Of a stretch of DNA of 64,000 nt, positions 39,318 to 54,338 are shown piece after piece. Each line of letters starts with the position of its first letter. Within the stretch, counting starts at the first letter, position 1. The stretch lies in NCBI GenBank assembly GCA_964016885.1, contig OZ024742.1:153388001-153452000 (forward strand), in the 5' to 3' direction. The DNA comes from Eledone cirrhosa. Taxonomy: Eukaryota. Below the pieces are notes generated by a model. That model was not told where the DNA came from. It was given only the letters and a program-made list of their open reading frames with translations, and did not search any database. The position numbers were made by a program, and so were the translations under genes.

Positions 39318-39598
39318 AATAGAAAAAAAAAATGGCAAGTTTCGTTTACATATGAAAAATATTTATTGCGTATCGACCTGTTACGCGCGTTTCGCAGATG
39401 ATTGGCTCAAGGTGACCCATAGGTCACAACAAAAATATATATTGTGTTGCAGCACCAGTATGAGGAGCAGATCGATAATGGAGTCGGGTCAATGGTTCCT
39501 ATGGGTCACATGAGCCAATCCTCTGCGAAACACACGTAACAGGTCGATACTCAATAAATACTTTCATATGTATACGATCCTTCCTCGTTTTGTCTATT
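39318..39598. mobile_element. Foldback element (~100-bp imperfect arms, ~75-bp spacer) containing a degenerate hammerhead on + (39454-39544)
   Basis: Arms catatgaaaa..cccatagg / cctatggg..tttcatatg; accagt-ATGAGGA-gcaga...tctgc-GAAA-cacacg-TA-acaggt then AATAAA. Confidence 0.75.
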
Positions 39599-40239
39599 AT
39601 ATATATATATACATATATATATATGATACATATTTATAAAAAAGGCAATGAATAAAACAATCATAGTTTAAAGCTATTGAATAAAGTGTCATGCCGCGCA
39701 GTCGATTGCGATTTTTAATATACATCTATGCAATCTTCTGTTACACCATATAGATATATATATGGAATGGAAAATACCACATGTTATGGTTTGCAAAGCT
39801 CCATAAATATCTTGACAAGTTATTCTACAACTAAGGAACTTTGTTCAGACATGGATAAAGAGAGATTCCGTCAAGTTATGCCCTAGACGTCATAAGCAGT
39901 TAAGGTTTCGTAAACAAATAAACATTTCTGTTTACACACAATAAACATCATGGAATTCATATGAAATTTTAATTCATTCTCTACCTGTGAACTTTTGATT
40001 AATATCGATCCCAAATGGAGAATGATCATTTCTGTAATTTCCTGCACAAATACAATTGTTATTACTTAGCTGAGAATGGAAGTATTTCTGGTCTCACCAG
40101 TCACGTCTTCTTAGATTGGTCCACTAGCAGAAAACAGGGTTACGTGATATTAACAAGTATGTGTGTAATGAAATGTAAAGAATAGAGTATTGGTTTGGCT
40201 TAAGACAGATATGTATGCCAATTATATATGCATATATAT

Positions 40240-40363
<124 letters not shown>

Positions 40364-40650
40364 TGTATGCCTATTCTAAAGCTAACATATTCACACACTG
40401 TTGCATGCAGTGATACCTATTCACGCACTTATATATTTCAATCTGATTTTTATATATATGAAGGAAAACATATGACGTCGAACCATTATAATATGAAAAG
40501 AATGTCTTCAAAGTATTGGCATTCTTAAAAGAGATAAACGAGTGAAAGAACAAAGGAGAAATATAGGAATATATATATGCACACACAAACACACACAAAT
40601 ACACACATACGCACACACACACCCACACACCCACACACACATACACACAT

Positions 40651-40706
<56 letters not shown>

Positions 40707-40746
40707 CACTATAACTCTATTAGGTGTTTCAGACGACAAGCTGCGG

Positions 40747-40808
<62 letters not shown>

Positions 40809-41367
40809 ATATATAGTAAATATACGATTTATCTATTTAAAATAAAGATATATGTCTCGTTATGAATGAGTGAATGTGTGGGCATTGCATAGCTGTCTCC
40901 GTAGTTCTCTGAGGACCTCTGTCATTTACTGCTTATGAACATTTTGCGAGTAAAACACCTGGAGATGCCCCTTTGATTATAGTGGGGATGTTCTATGCGA
41001 AATATGTCTACAAACAATTACGTACATTTGGGTCTGTAGAGAATATGGAAATGTTAATGATGATGAATAAATTTGAACAAAATGTTGCTCTAACAGAGTC
41101 ATTGAGATAGCAGAAACATCATCTAAGATTAAAGCATTCATATGACAATTATATATCTTTGTTATACAGAATCGTATCTAATGTAACTGCATATATACCA
41201 CTATTATTATTCACGCTAAGATAGTTCGATGACTAATTAATCCGAGCCAAACAATCTCGTCCTATAAACAATGATCATCTCCATTTAGACTAATTCCAAA
41301 TGTCAACACTATCGGATTAAAAAAGTAAAAAAATGCATATTTACGAATATATATATATATATATATA

Positions 41368-43406
<2,039 letters not shown>

Positions 43407-43865
43407 CTGTGTGTGTGTTGCGATGATTATTTATAAACAAATCCGTTAACATTTCGTTTATGGTATATATCATGTAAATAGAGTTTAATAGAAAAAGAAA
43501 AAAGAAAATTCAAATTGGTATGATTGGAAAGTAAAATTGGAAAACAAAAAAAGGGACGGAATAGCAAGGGCTCTAGTGTCACAGAAAGATTTGTAGTCAG
43601 ATGATGTTCGGGCTCTGGGCCTAACGCTTGGTTTTGTTGGGGCTGCGCCCACGATCAAGACACTAAAATCATTTTAAGTATAAAATTTGGAAGATAAGAA
43701 TGAAATATAAAATTGTTGTTGCTGATCCGTTTCCTTGGCAACTAGGTCTAAACAGTCGTGGACATGTGTCATTCCATTTTCTTCCAGTGATCTTTTTTCA
43801 TAGAATTCATACCAATATTGAAAGGTTCCAATTTTTATATTTTTCGTAAAAAACGATATTTCTTC

Positions 43866-43936
<71 letters not shown>

Positions 43937-43977
43937 TGCGTACGTGCGTGCGTGTGTGTGTGTGTGTGTGTGTGTTC

Positions 43978-44051
<74 letters not shown>

Positions 44052-44662
44052 ATGTGCGTGTGTATGTGTTATAAAGAGTTGGGTTTCGACAGTAAGTTGA
44101 ATGTAAATGTTTTTCTATGTGCGCGTGTAAGTTTTTGAACTTATCCATTTTCGTACCAGTGTCTACATTTGTGCGCAATTTTGCAAGAGAAAAGGTACAG
44201 GTAGGAATATATAAATATGTTTCTAAGCAAGTTAATCCCCCATTGTTTATATATGTTTCAGATAAAATTTGTAACCCTCACACATCTGTCTATGTATATT
44301 TAGTTTCATTATCATCTTTCCTATCTACATAACTTAAGCGAATGACTAATCTCTTAAATGTTTGTTCTTCAGAGTAATTCAACGTTTGTTTTACATGCGC
44401 CGACAGCAACTAAATTAAAATTTCCTATCTAATACCATTTCTCATTATTATAGCATAGGACCAGTGGCAAAACAAACGGAGGAGTAGTAACGAAAATAAG
44501 AATCAGCGTCATATATGTATATGAACACTGTTTTATACATTGGGTAAACTGACCTTCTTGTGTACGCACACACTCATACGCACGCATTTTCTCACCTACA
44601 CACTCACACACACACAGACATATATATATATACATGTCTATATGTGCACAGACACGCACATA

Positions 44663-44711
<49 letters not shown>

Positions 44712-45222
44712 GTATATATATGTATATATATATAGATGTAGGGAGTGTCAGTATATGTATATGTGTAAGATTTGCATGCGTTATTTTATATAACTTTTTG
44801 ACATTTCGATCAGAAATTCAGACTGAACAAGATGAACAGTCTGCTACAAGTACAAAATTAGAAAACGAATGAGGATAAGGGGCAAGTGGACGTCGTATTT
44901 GCTAATTACTTTAGTTCTCTTTTCATTATACGAGTACGTGGTTCCTATAATTTATTGCTACTTTTGAAAGCAGCTTTAGAAAAGCGATAAATCTTTATAT
45001 TTGATGACAAACTGAATTTGAATATCTCTCTACCTCAGTACTTATAAATCTTTCCTCGGCCAAATACAAGAAATTGTAAGAGCATTACAATCGCATTATA
45101 TTTTCGTATATCTTTCTTGTGTATTAATTTGTGATTAATGCGAATCGAACGTATTTAAACACGAACACATACATACGCTAAAATATTTACACATGAATAT
45201 TCACACATAGAAACTAACAGCG

Positions 45223-45314
<92 letters not shown>

Positions 45315-45669
45315 CGTGTGTGTGAGTGTGTGCGTGCGCGTGTGAATGCGTGTGTGTCTATATGTCGACGTATATAGATAGATAGATATGTAATTCACAT
45401 GTGGTGAGAAATAGAGTATGCGCAGGATTTCATATCATTATGATAAAACTTTCATAATGCATCAATTGACCTTTTGTATTAATACAGTTATATATAGATT
45501 AAAATATATCATTTCATACACTTAGTAATCCAGTGTTGTTATCTGCACAAACTTTCATTAGGTGCTGGCATGGATATATATATAAGAGACGCTCTCACAA
45601 AGTAAAAAAAAGAAACCATATATATATTTTATAAATATATATATATGTGTGTGTGTGAGTGTGTGTATG

Positions 45670-45723
<54 letters not shown>

Positions 45724-45854
45724 TAGATATTAAAATGTGTATGAGTGTGTGTTTAAGCGTGTCTTTGTGTTTGGGTGCAGATTCCTGAGTTGTATATTAA
45801 ATAATAGGTTAAACAGATTAAAACGTTACTCAAAACATTGAGAGAGTATAGGTA

Positions 45855-46055
45855 TCATTATTGGCAGTATCCGTAGAGGGTTGGACACCATGCTTTGTGG
45901 CATCAAGTTACGTCCCTCAAGTTATGAGTTCAAATCCTACCGATGTTAGATTAGCCATTCTTCTTTACGGGATCGATAAAATAAAGCCCAGCACTGGGGT
46001 CGATTTAATCGACTTTCCCCTCCCCCTTCAAATTGCTGTCGTTCTGCAAAAGTGG
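45855..46055 (+). mobile_element. tRNA-derived SINE copy (same family as 4355-4750)
   Basis: ttggcagtatccgtagag, gagttcaaatcc, tcgataaaataaagcccag, ggggtcgatttaatcgactttcccctcccc. Confidence 0.85.
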
Positions 46056-46140
46056 AAGATGCTAGATGTCGGTCGTCCTCCCTTCTATGATTTTCAGCCC
46101 CATGGATTTTATCTAGTACATTCATTTATTATATTTTGAA

Positions 46141-46196
46141 TACCTGATGATATCACCGGATTCATACGGAACCCGGTCATTGAAATGATCATAGTA
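46141..46196 (+). ncRNA. Type I hammerhead ribozyme motif
   Basis: uac-CUGAUGA-U-stem II (accgg/ccggu, uuc/gaa)-U-GAAA-UGAUCA-UA-gua; stem III AUGAUCAU is a palindrome; stem I short; AATAAA follows. Confidence 0.65.
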
Positions 46197-46388
46197 AAAT
46201 AAACCTTTCAAGTCTTTACACAAGTCCAGCCTCCTGTCATTTCATTATAATATTTAACTCCGTACTAGCACCACCGACTACAAAAACGAAGACGGTTGAA
46301 CTGCTTTACGTTGAGTACTCTCCATATTATTACATTAAGATTGACCATACGGAATTGACCAACTCTATCCAGTGGTGAAACTCAAACC

Positions 46389-46435
<47 letters not shown>

Positions 46436-46539
46436 AGCAAAAAAGTGTTGGTAAAATTCAGTACTTCAGTATGCGGATAGGTAGCACTCAACGAAGATAT
46501 AAATTCAGGAAATATAATAGTGACGAAACATAAGTCAAT

Positions 46540-47150
46540 TGCATGAACGCCTAATGTACGGCCCTTTCTGAATCAATCTGGAAGCTCAAACTGAAAAGAC
46601 CCCGCACTCTTTGGTCTGGTCCGTGGTTAGAAAGGTTTTCCCAGACAGAGGTGGATCTGGTATGTGCAACCTCTATGTTAGTGAGGCACTCGAGATATTT
46701 CATGGCGGAACCAAGCTATTAAACATAAGGGCCTACTTATTCGGCACCTACAGCAACCTTAGGACGGGAATTTTCCTCAAGCTATATGGATAAACCCCGG
46801 TTATGGCCTCCCACTTCGCCCTTTTCCTCCCCTTCCCCCTCTGAACACCTCTAGTAGTAATTTCGGCACACCTATAATAGGGTAGCACCGTCCCGCAAAT
46901 TTTCACACACACCGCCCCCATAAGCCCACTCCCGTAGCTCCTTACATATTGGGCAAGCTCTAATGAACTGGCGAGATACACGAAATTGGAAGGGTTTTCT
47001 TCCCTGTACGTTCCCTACACCCCGTACCAATGACCAATGGGCAACAACACCCTCCCATGGTTTGTGGTCCCCAAAGTGGATTGTACACCAGATCCTCTAC
47101 TGGTAAAGTATCAGCAAAACCACGTTTTATTAACCTGATGACCCCCCCCC
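46540..47150. mobile_element. Rearranged Penelope-like GIY-YIG region fragments
   Basis: + strand WSVVRKV...CNLYVSEALEI; - strand LELAQYV; highly degenerate. Confidence 0.4.
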
Positions 47151-48117
47151 CCCCCGAGAGTGGCTCACACAGGAAGAACGATTATCATAAGGTACTAACG
47201 CTATACGCACGAATGCGTACCCGCAACCGAGCGCCGTGTGTGTATACTGGTATTAGGTGAATGTACGCACTTATGTGAACGCAACGAAATACAAATACAC
47301 CAGGCTGCATTTGAAAAATGTTCGAGTGTATGCTTAAGAGTATATTTGTGTATGCTCTCTTGTATGAATGCACATGTGTATATAGACATACACACGCATC
47401 CAGAGGTATACAAGTGTGGGTGGGTGCGTGTACCTGTATATGTCTGTACTAAGGAATTCGCCTAAGCTATTGCTCTGAATATATATATCACACTCTACTT
47501 TTGTCTAGTCTAAACAATAATTTTTTCTTTTTTGCAAACACCCACTTTACTTTTCTTTAAAAATAACACCCACCTCGTTTTATGACCGCCATATACTTGG
47601 TTTTGGGGGCTTCTTTTGTATATGTATACGCACTTGTGTGTACCTACATATATATATATACATCTGTATGGATTTGTATGTGTAGATGGGTGTGTGTGGG
47701 TATGAGTGTATGTACAAGTCAACCAACATAAGTCTTTTTATGTAAACTTTCTAAGTATTTGACTCTAAACATAATTTTCAGTATTACCACATCACATAAA
47801 TTCCTCTATTTAAGAATGACATGAGTATTGAATTTATTACTATAAATCTCAATTGAATATATATTTGACCAGGAATGCTTTTTGTGAAAATCAGTCATAT
47901 GGACCTATTGTCATCTTGCCTGACGGTTTGAAATTTACAACACCACCGACCACTTTAAGGTCAAATACCAATCCTATTAGCATCTACAAACTGACCAATG
48001 AGAATTAAGATTATTCCTGCTGACAACATTAAATTAACCCTAACAAACTTATATGTCCCAAGGCTCTAAAACCATCAACACCAAAACCCCAGAGCTGGAA
48101 TATCTAAGAACTTACTA

Positions 48118-48173
48118 ACTGCCTGATGAGATCATAGCCATACAATGGCTATTATCAAAATATATATAGCTGT
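48118..48173 (+). ncRNA. Degenerate hammerhead (GAAA>AAAA) at the end of a probable PLE 3' remnant
   Basis: actgc-CTGATGA-G-atc-atagcca/tggctat-tat-C-AAAA-tatata-TA-gctgt then AATAAA. Confidence 0.55.
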
Positions 48174-48216
48174 AAATAAAGGATTATGAGTCATGCAATT
48201 GACTTATGTTTCGTCA

Positions 48217-48273
<57 letters not shown>

Positions 48274-48715
48274 GATACATACATATATATATACAAGAAA
48301 AAAGATTTCGCTTCAAGCATAGCTTTATACAATATGTATAGAAATTTCGTATCTCCAAAGAAATACGGTTTTATGAAGCTGTAGCTATGCAAACACCGGG
48401 GGGGGGGGGGACTAACGCCCTCTGGTGATGTCCAGCAGAAGCAAGGGAGACAGCCGTCTATGCTATCAGGCATAACTGGCCTTCCTCAGGACGATCCCTC
48501 CCACCGCTTGCGACTGCTGGACTAGGAGACAGCCGAGAATATATAGTTTTCTCGTTATAATCACACATACACACATATATGGGCCTTCAAATTTCATTTT
48601 ACATGATATACATGTCTGTGTACATTTTAATTATTTAATTATAATTGTTTAAGTGAACATGATTAAAGAAACATATTTTTAAGTGAACATGACCTAATGA
48701 GTCACGTGTGGTCTA

Positions 48716-48789
<74 letters not shown>

Positions 48790-50013
48790 TACCTTACGGC
48801 ACACAGAGAAAATATATTAAACTACAGCAGACATTTCTTTTTTAGTATTGATCAATGAAAAATTAGGGTAAAACACACTTGCGTATATTATTGGTCAGTG
48901 AGGTCAACTCAGAAAAAAATATTGTTGCGAAGCATAATATATATATCATATCCTGCATCAATAAATAGGTAAATGCTTAGATATATTTTCGATATAAACA
49001 ATTATATATTAACAACAAATAAGAGCTTAATATTATCCAAAAAAAAAACATAGGTAAGGGCTTAAATGTGCACGAATAAATATGTAATACTCATTTCGGT
49101 TTGAATTTCAGGATAACTTCCCTTATGAACCGAGAATTGTTTGAAAGGTCATGAAATATGAAACTCCTAGATTTACGTCTACACATAAATACTCCCCAGC
49201 ACAGAAGCCCACTCTCACTCTCAGACACACACGCACACACACACAGTCATATGTGTCTGTAATACGAAACGTTTCTCTTTAGAGATAATTAGTTAATGAA
49301 GTGCAAATATAGCTACACGACAATATTTTAGTAGAGGGAGACTTGAATTGGTTTTATTTTTAAAGGATATGTGTAGAGTAGATGTAATTTGCTATATTGT
49401 TGAAGGAGTATTATATTTTCTGAGTTAATTTTCTTTTTTTTTTGCAGTTCTCTACTCTGTTTAATATGCTAATACAGGTTTGGTGCATTGTAAATGGCTT
49501 AGCTATATTTGTCATATGCGTGGTACATTGCAGCTGAAAGATTTACTTCCGTGTGAGGAATCTTGGTTTTATTTCGATATTTTTGTTTCCCTTTATTTCC
49601 ATATTGTTTGCGGTTATAAAAGGGGTAATCTCACATATATATATATATGAGATTTCCCCATTCATATATATATATATTACAATCGCTTTCATCAAGCCAC
49701 GGGACTTGGAGACATGAACCGAATGCTACCATCCTATTTTGTATCAATGTGAACTGCTATTTCTAATAGCCATATTTTCACCCATTGATAATTTGAGTGT
49801 GAGACACGTTGGCTGAGCCTTTCTGACAGGAACTAATAGATTGATTATTTTTAGATTTCCGTCCACGCGTAAAACAAAAAAAATCAGTGGCTACTTGACA
49901 GTCCTATCGGTTGGCAGTTAATCGTTTTAGCGTGTCGGTTGTCACAAACAGTCATGACCGGCGCGGGCCGGGGTTTGGATTAAGTCGCTCGATTGGTTAT
50001 TGATTAGGCGATA

Positions 50014-50123
50014 CCCGCTGATGAAGCAGCATAAGCCGATTGCGCATTGTTGCATAATATATGCAGACAGGTGGTGCAGTGCACCTTACTGCTACATTAG
50101 TGCTGCAGAAACTTGAGTCCGGG
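50014..50123 (+). ncRNA. Type I hammerhead ribozyme with long stem II insertion
   Basis: cccg-CUGAUGA-A-GCAGCAU...GUGCUGC-A-GAAA-CUUGAG-UC-cggg; GUC triplet, predicted cleavage after 50119. Confidence 0.7.
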
Positions 50124-50235
50124 AACCTTATAGGCACCCGATTTACGTGTGTTGTGTTGAGGCAAATAACTATGTGTATACTCTGGTAATGTAACCGGTA
50201 CTGGCATTGAGAAATATGGTGGGTCCGTCAACCCT

Positions 50236-50358
<123 letters not shown>

Positions 50359-50699
50359 TATATATATAGATATATTCACACACATAGATATACTTACACA
50401 AACACACACACACACGTGCGCACCACCCCCATATAAATATATATATATGTATGTGTGTATCTATGTGAGTGAATATAGCTATATATATTATTAAATTCAA
50501 TACTACAACGATCTCATAAGATGCAATGATGCTAGAGCCGACGTTTCCTTGCGTGCACTCAACCTATTCAATTCTAAAGATAACCCCCGCTAGTAGAAAC
50601 ATAGAAGAGTTCTGTGTTTTCGGGGAAGTTATTTACAGAGCATTTATTTACCTTATAAAGGGAGGGGTTTACTATAAAAGAAAGAGAAGTATGCCATAG

Positions 50700-51940
50700 G
50701 TAATTAGAATATAAGAAATACATCTTTCAAAAGGTATGTAGATGAATGAGGACACCGCTTATAAAATCCAGGCGATTATTCAGGTATCTCCTCATTGTTG
50801 GAAATATTTCGGAGGAAAAATCTCCTTTCGTCGGTCCATAAATTTCAGAATTTCTTTCCGCTTATATAGGGTGCAGATGTTTCGATTATTTTCCATTTTA
50901 TGGACACATATTTACCAATGTCCTTGAAGTTCCATACTTGGCATGCTAGCGCTGCAGTATTCTTTTCATCCGAATTTCTGAAAGTCGTTTCAAAATTAAG
51001 GAAAGCGTTTTCAAATCGACACGCTTTCTGCTGATGCTGACTCAATGTTATGACTCCAACCACCTATATTACAGCTGGAGTGGTACACTGTTGATGAAAC
51101 GAGCAGTTATGTAGCTTTTACATAAGCTTCCATAGGTTTGCGGGCTCGTTGGGGGTTCCATATTTCAACCGTGTGGCATTTAGTAATCTGGTGTTATTTA
51201 TATCCTAGAAGGAAATGTATGTCTATAAATGCAAAAACTGTTTTAACTGGATTAGAGAGAAAAAGCAGAAAACCAGAAAGTAGATTTGTGTCTGGGTTTT
51301 TTCCTGTTCGTTTTAGGGTAATGGTCTTGAGAGTAAGACATTTCTTCTGGGAAGCTGATATTGCTTACAACTATAATATTGTATGGAGCTGCTCTGTCAA
51401 AGATAGTTTTGTTTGCTGAGAGATTGGTTACACGTTTCCTTATGTGTTTAATTAGATTCATAAAGACTATAGATGAATGGCATTAATATTTAATGTATAT
51501 ATATATATAAGTGTCTTGCTAGGCTTATAGAAATGTTTATATGTATGTGTACGTAGGTATAGGTTTATGTCTAAGAAGTTGATGATATTCACGTCAGTAT
51601 ATATTGCAATTTTTAGTCCTAGCTTGCTAAAAGCGGTAATTAATTTCTTCGTGACCGTGTCGAGGTCATGACTGTTTTTAAGACTCTATATGTTCAGAGC
51701 ATTGTCGTGGTATAAAGCCGTTGTATAAAGTCTGGGTATTTAGTGCGTAATGTTCCAGGATAATGAGCCCCAAGAAATCGCCAACATCAGCGCTCTCAAA
51801 TGATCCAATGAGGATATTAAAAATTGTTTGTAGTGGACGCATTTACCTAAGAAAATACCTTATAATAGAGGAGGGGTCTACTGCATTGGGATATGACCAA
51901 ACGGTCAAAGTCGTGGCCTTTGGTGAATTTACTAGCGAAA
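50700..51940 (-). mobile_element. Degenerate Penelope-like element (RT + GIY-YIG remnants)
   Basis: Minus strand GSFESADVGDFLGLIIL, LYHDNAL (cf. GLYRDDG), NLSANKTIFDRAAPY, LACQVWNFKD..IKWKII. Confidence 0.75.
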
Positions 51941-52594
51941 AAACTCCCACACGCACACATGCATGCCAATATATATATATAGAAAGAGAGAGAGAGAGAG
52001 GGAGAGAGATGTGTGTATGTGTGGCTGAGTGTATGCATGTGAATGTGCATGTATGTACTCACACGTGCGCACGTGTGAGTACATACATACACATTTGGTT
52101 ATTATCATCAGTGTATGGATATACATCGACCTAGGGAGGATTGCGAACAAGAAGAAATTGGCTGATACAATTTTCCTTCTAACGACAAAAGACGCATACA
52201 AAAAACAAAATACTTTTAACTATGAATGCGTTTTGTTACGGCTGAAACTAAGAAATGAAAACGCTTAAGAATGATCCCATTCGTTGCCAGGAAGGAAATT
52301 ATGCACAAATATTCTAACTAGATTTAAGTAATGGTTCCTAGGTCATTTATATATCAGTAAATTATGTTTCATTTCATAATATCTCGTACTAATGATGGTG
52401 AAGTTATACACATTTCGTGCTTGTCAAAGTTTATATATCTAATGTATATCGTCCTTGCCTCTACCCACGTTTATCGGCCTGTTTTTCTAGCCCCATATCT
52501 TTTCTAACCCATATATTTTTAATGTTCATTTATTTTTCGTAAAACATTATGAATGATAACTAGATGATTATATATGCAATTTCTTTCTCTCTTC

Positions 52595-52660
<66 letters not shown>

Positions 52661-52668
<8 letters not shown>

Positions 52669-53257
52669 AAGGTTTAGCAAATAATGAAAAAGTTTCAAAA
52701 TAAATTTTAAAAAATTGACTTTACCTACTATAGTTACCTTTACCGATCGGTTTCGAATCCCAAAAATAAAACGGAGACCATACGGCCTTCGTTGCAGAGA
52801 AAGATTTTCGTCAGAAGGTTCTTTTCATTCAAAGAATATAAAATTCCTGAAATTAAATTACAGACTAGCGCTATCAAAACTGTTCCTGGGATGAGAGTGG
52901 ATGATGTAGAAACAGGTTTATCAAGGGCCGAAGTAAAGATAGAGGCAGAAGGAGGTAGGTCAAATCAGCCACAGCTATCACTAGCAGCAGTCGGAGCGAC
53001 CAAATTTGTCCTCAACATTAGAGGAGATAGTAGTAATAGGATATGTGTTCCTTCACGCACAAGGCGCTAAGGTACGCATGTATTGTCCAACCAAATGCCA
53101 GTGTGGTTCAATGGCAGGTTAATAAATTAACGAGCCAGAACAAATATAAACAAGGTTTAGCAAATAATGAAAAAGTTTCAAAATAAATTTTAAAAAATTG
53201 ACTTTACCTACTATAGTTACCTTTACCGATCAGTTTCGAATCCCAAAAATAAAACGG
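52661..53257 (-). mobile_element. 483-bp unit plus ~114-bp direct terminal repeat, (TA)n-flanked, carrying a hammerhead (retrozyme-like 1.2-mer)
   Basis: atataaacaaggtttagc...aaataaaacgga at 52661 and 53144. Confidence 0.8.
52736..52819 (-). ncRNA. Type I hammerhead ribozyme motif
   Basis: Minus strand ACCUU-CUGACGA-A-AAUCUU...GGGAUU-C-GAAA-CCGAUCGG-UA-AAGGU; palindromic stem III ACCGAUCGGU. Confidence 0.72.
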
Positions 53258-53301
53258 ATATATATATATATATATATAAATACAAATTCAGCGAGAATCG
53301 C

Positions 53302-53428
<127 letters not shown>

Positions 53429-53624
53429 TTTTTCTCGCAAGTCAGTTCTTTCGTTGCTACGGACTCCGTGCTGAATTACCGGTCGCTATCTGCAACTCGC
53501 AAAGCCCTTTAAACTGTATGTTATTATTCTGAGGTTTTATACCTTGTCGATTGCTAGGCTGCACTGCTGAATGCATTCGTCGGCTTAGCTGCGGCTCGAG
53601 CTTCGAATTTGCTGTACTTCCATT

Positions 53625-53700
<76 letters not shown>

Positions 53701-53707
<7 letters not shown>

Positions 53708-54283
53708 ATACTTTGGGAGGGTCATGTTGCCAATAAGAAACACACGCACCACATGCTTTCACTTCAATTTATTATATATTTATAAATTTATAAATTTACA
53801 AATCTACAAACTTATAAATTTCTGGTTGGTTGGTTGGTTCCACAACCAGATAGTTGTTTATATATATAGTCATAGTCCTTTCGTCACACACTCTGTAACC
53901 TCTTCAGTGACTGGGGATTCCTTTCTTCGTTTCTGTGACTTTTCTTTCTTCTATCCTACGCCAAAACAAAATGGCGTAGGATAGAAGAAAGAAAAGGCAC
54001 AGAAACGAAGAAAGGAATCCCCAGTCACTGAACAGGTCACAGAGTGTGTGACGAAAGGACTATGACTATATATATAAACAACTATCTGGTTGTGGACCCA
54101 ACCAACCAGAAATTTATAAGTTTGTAGATTTGTAAATTTATAAATTTATAAATATATAATAAATTGAAGTGAAAGCAACTGGTGCGTGTGTTTCTTATTG
54201 GCAATATGACCCTCCCAAAGTATAACAATACCGGTTTCAACACACGATTTCAGATAAAGAATCTTGCTAAACAAATTCAGAAA

Positions 54284-54286
<3 letters not shown>
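53701..54286. mobile_element. Long foldback element: ~260-bp near-perfect arms, 8-nt loop, ~56-bp tail, in (TA)n
   Basis: Left arm 53701-53963, loop aaacaaaa, right arm 53972-54230. Confidence 0.95.
53868..53912 (-). ncRNA. Type I hammerhead in the foldback arm (mirror copy 54023-54067 on + has core change CUGAACA)
   Basis: AGUCA-CUGAAGA-G-GUUACA-gagug-UGUGAC-GAAA-GGAC-UA-UGACU. Confidence 0.72.

Positions 54287-54338
<52 letters not shown>

Noticed and set aside
39986-40042. Possible 57-nt minus-strand exon (cag|...|gtagag)
   Set aside because: Weak donor, no homology I can recognise, expected by chance
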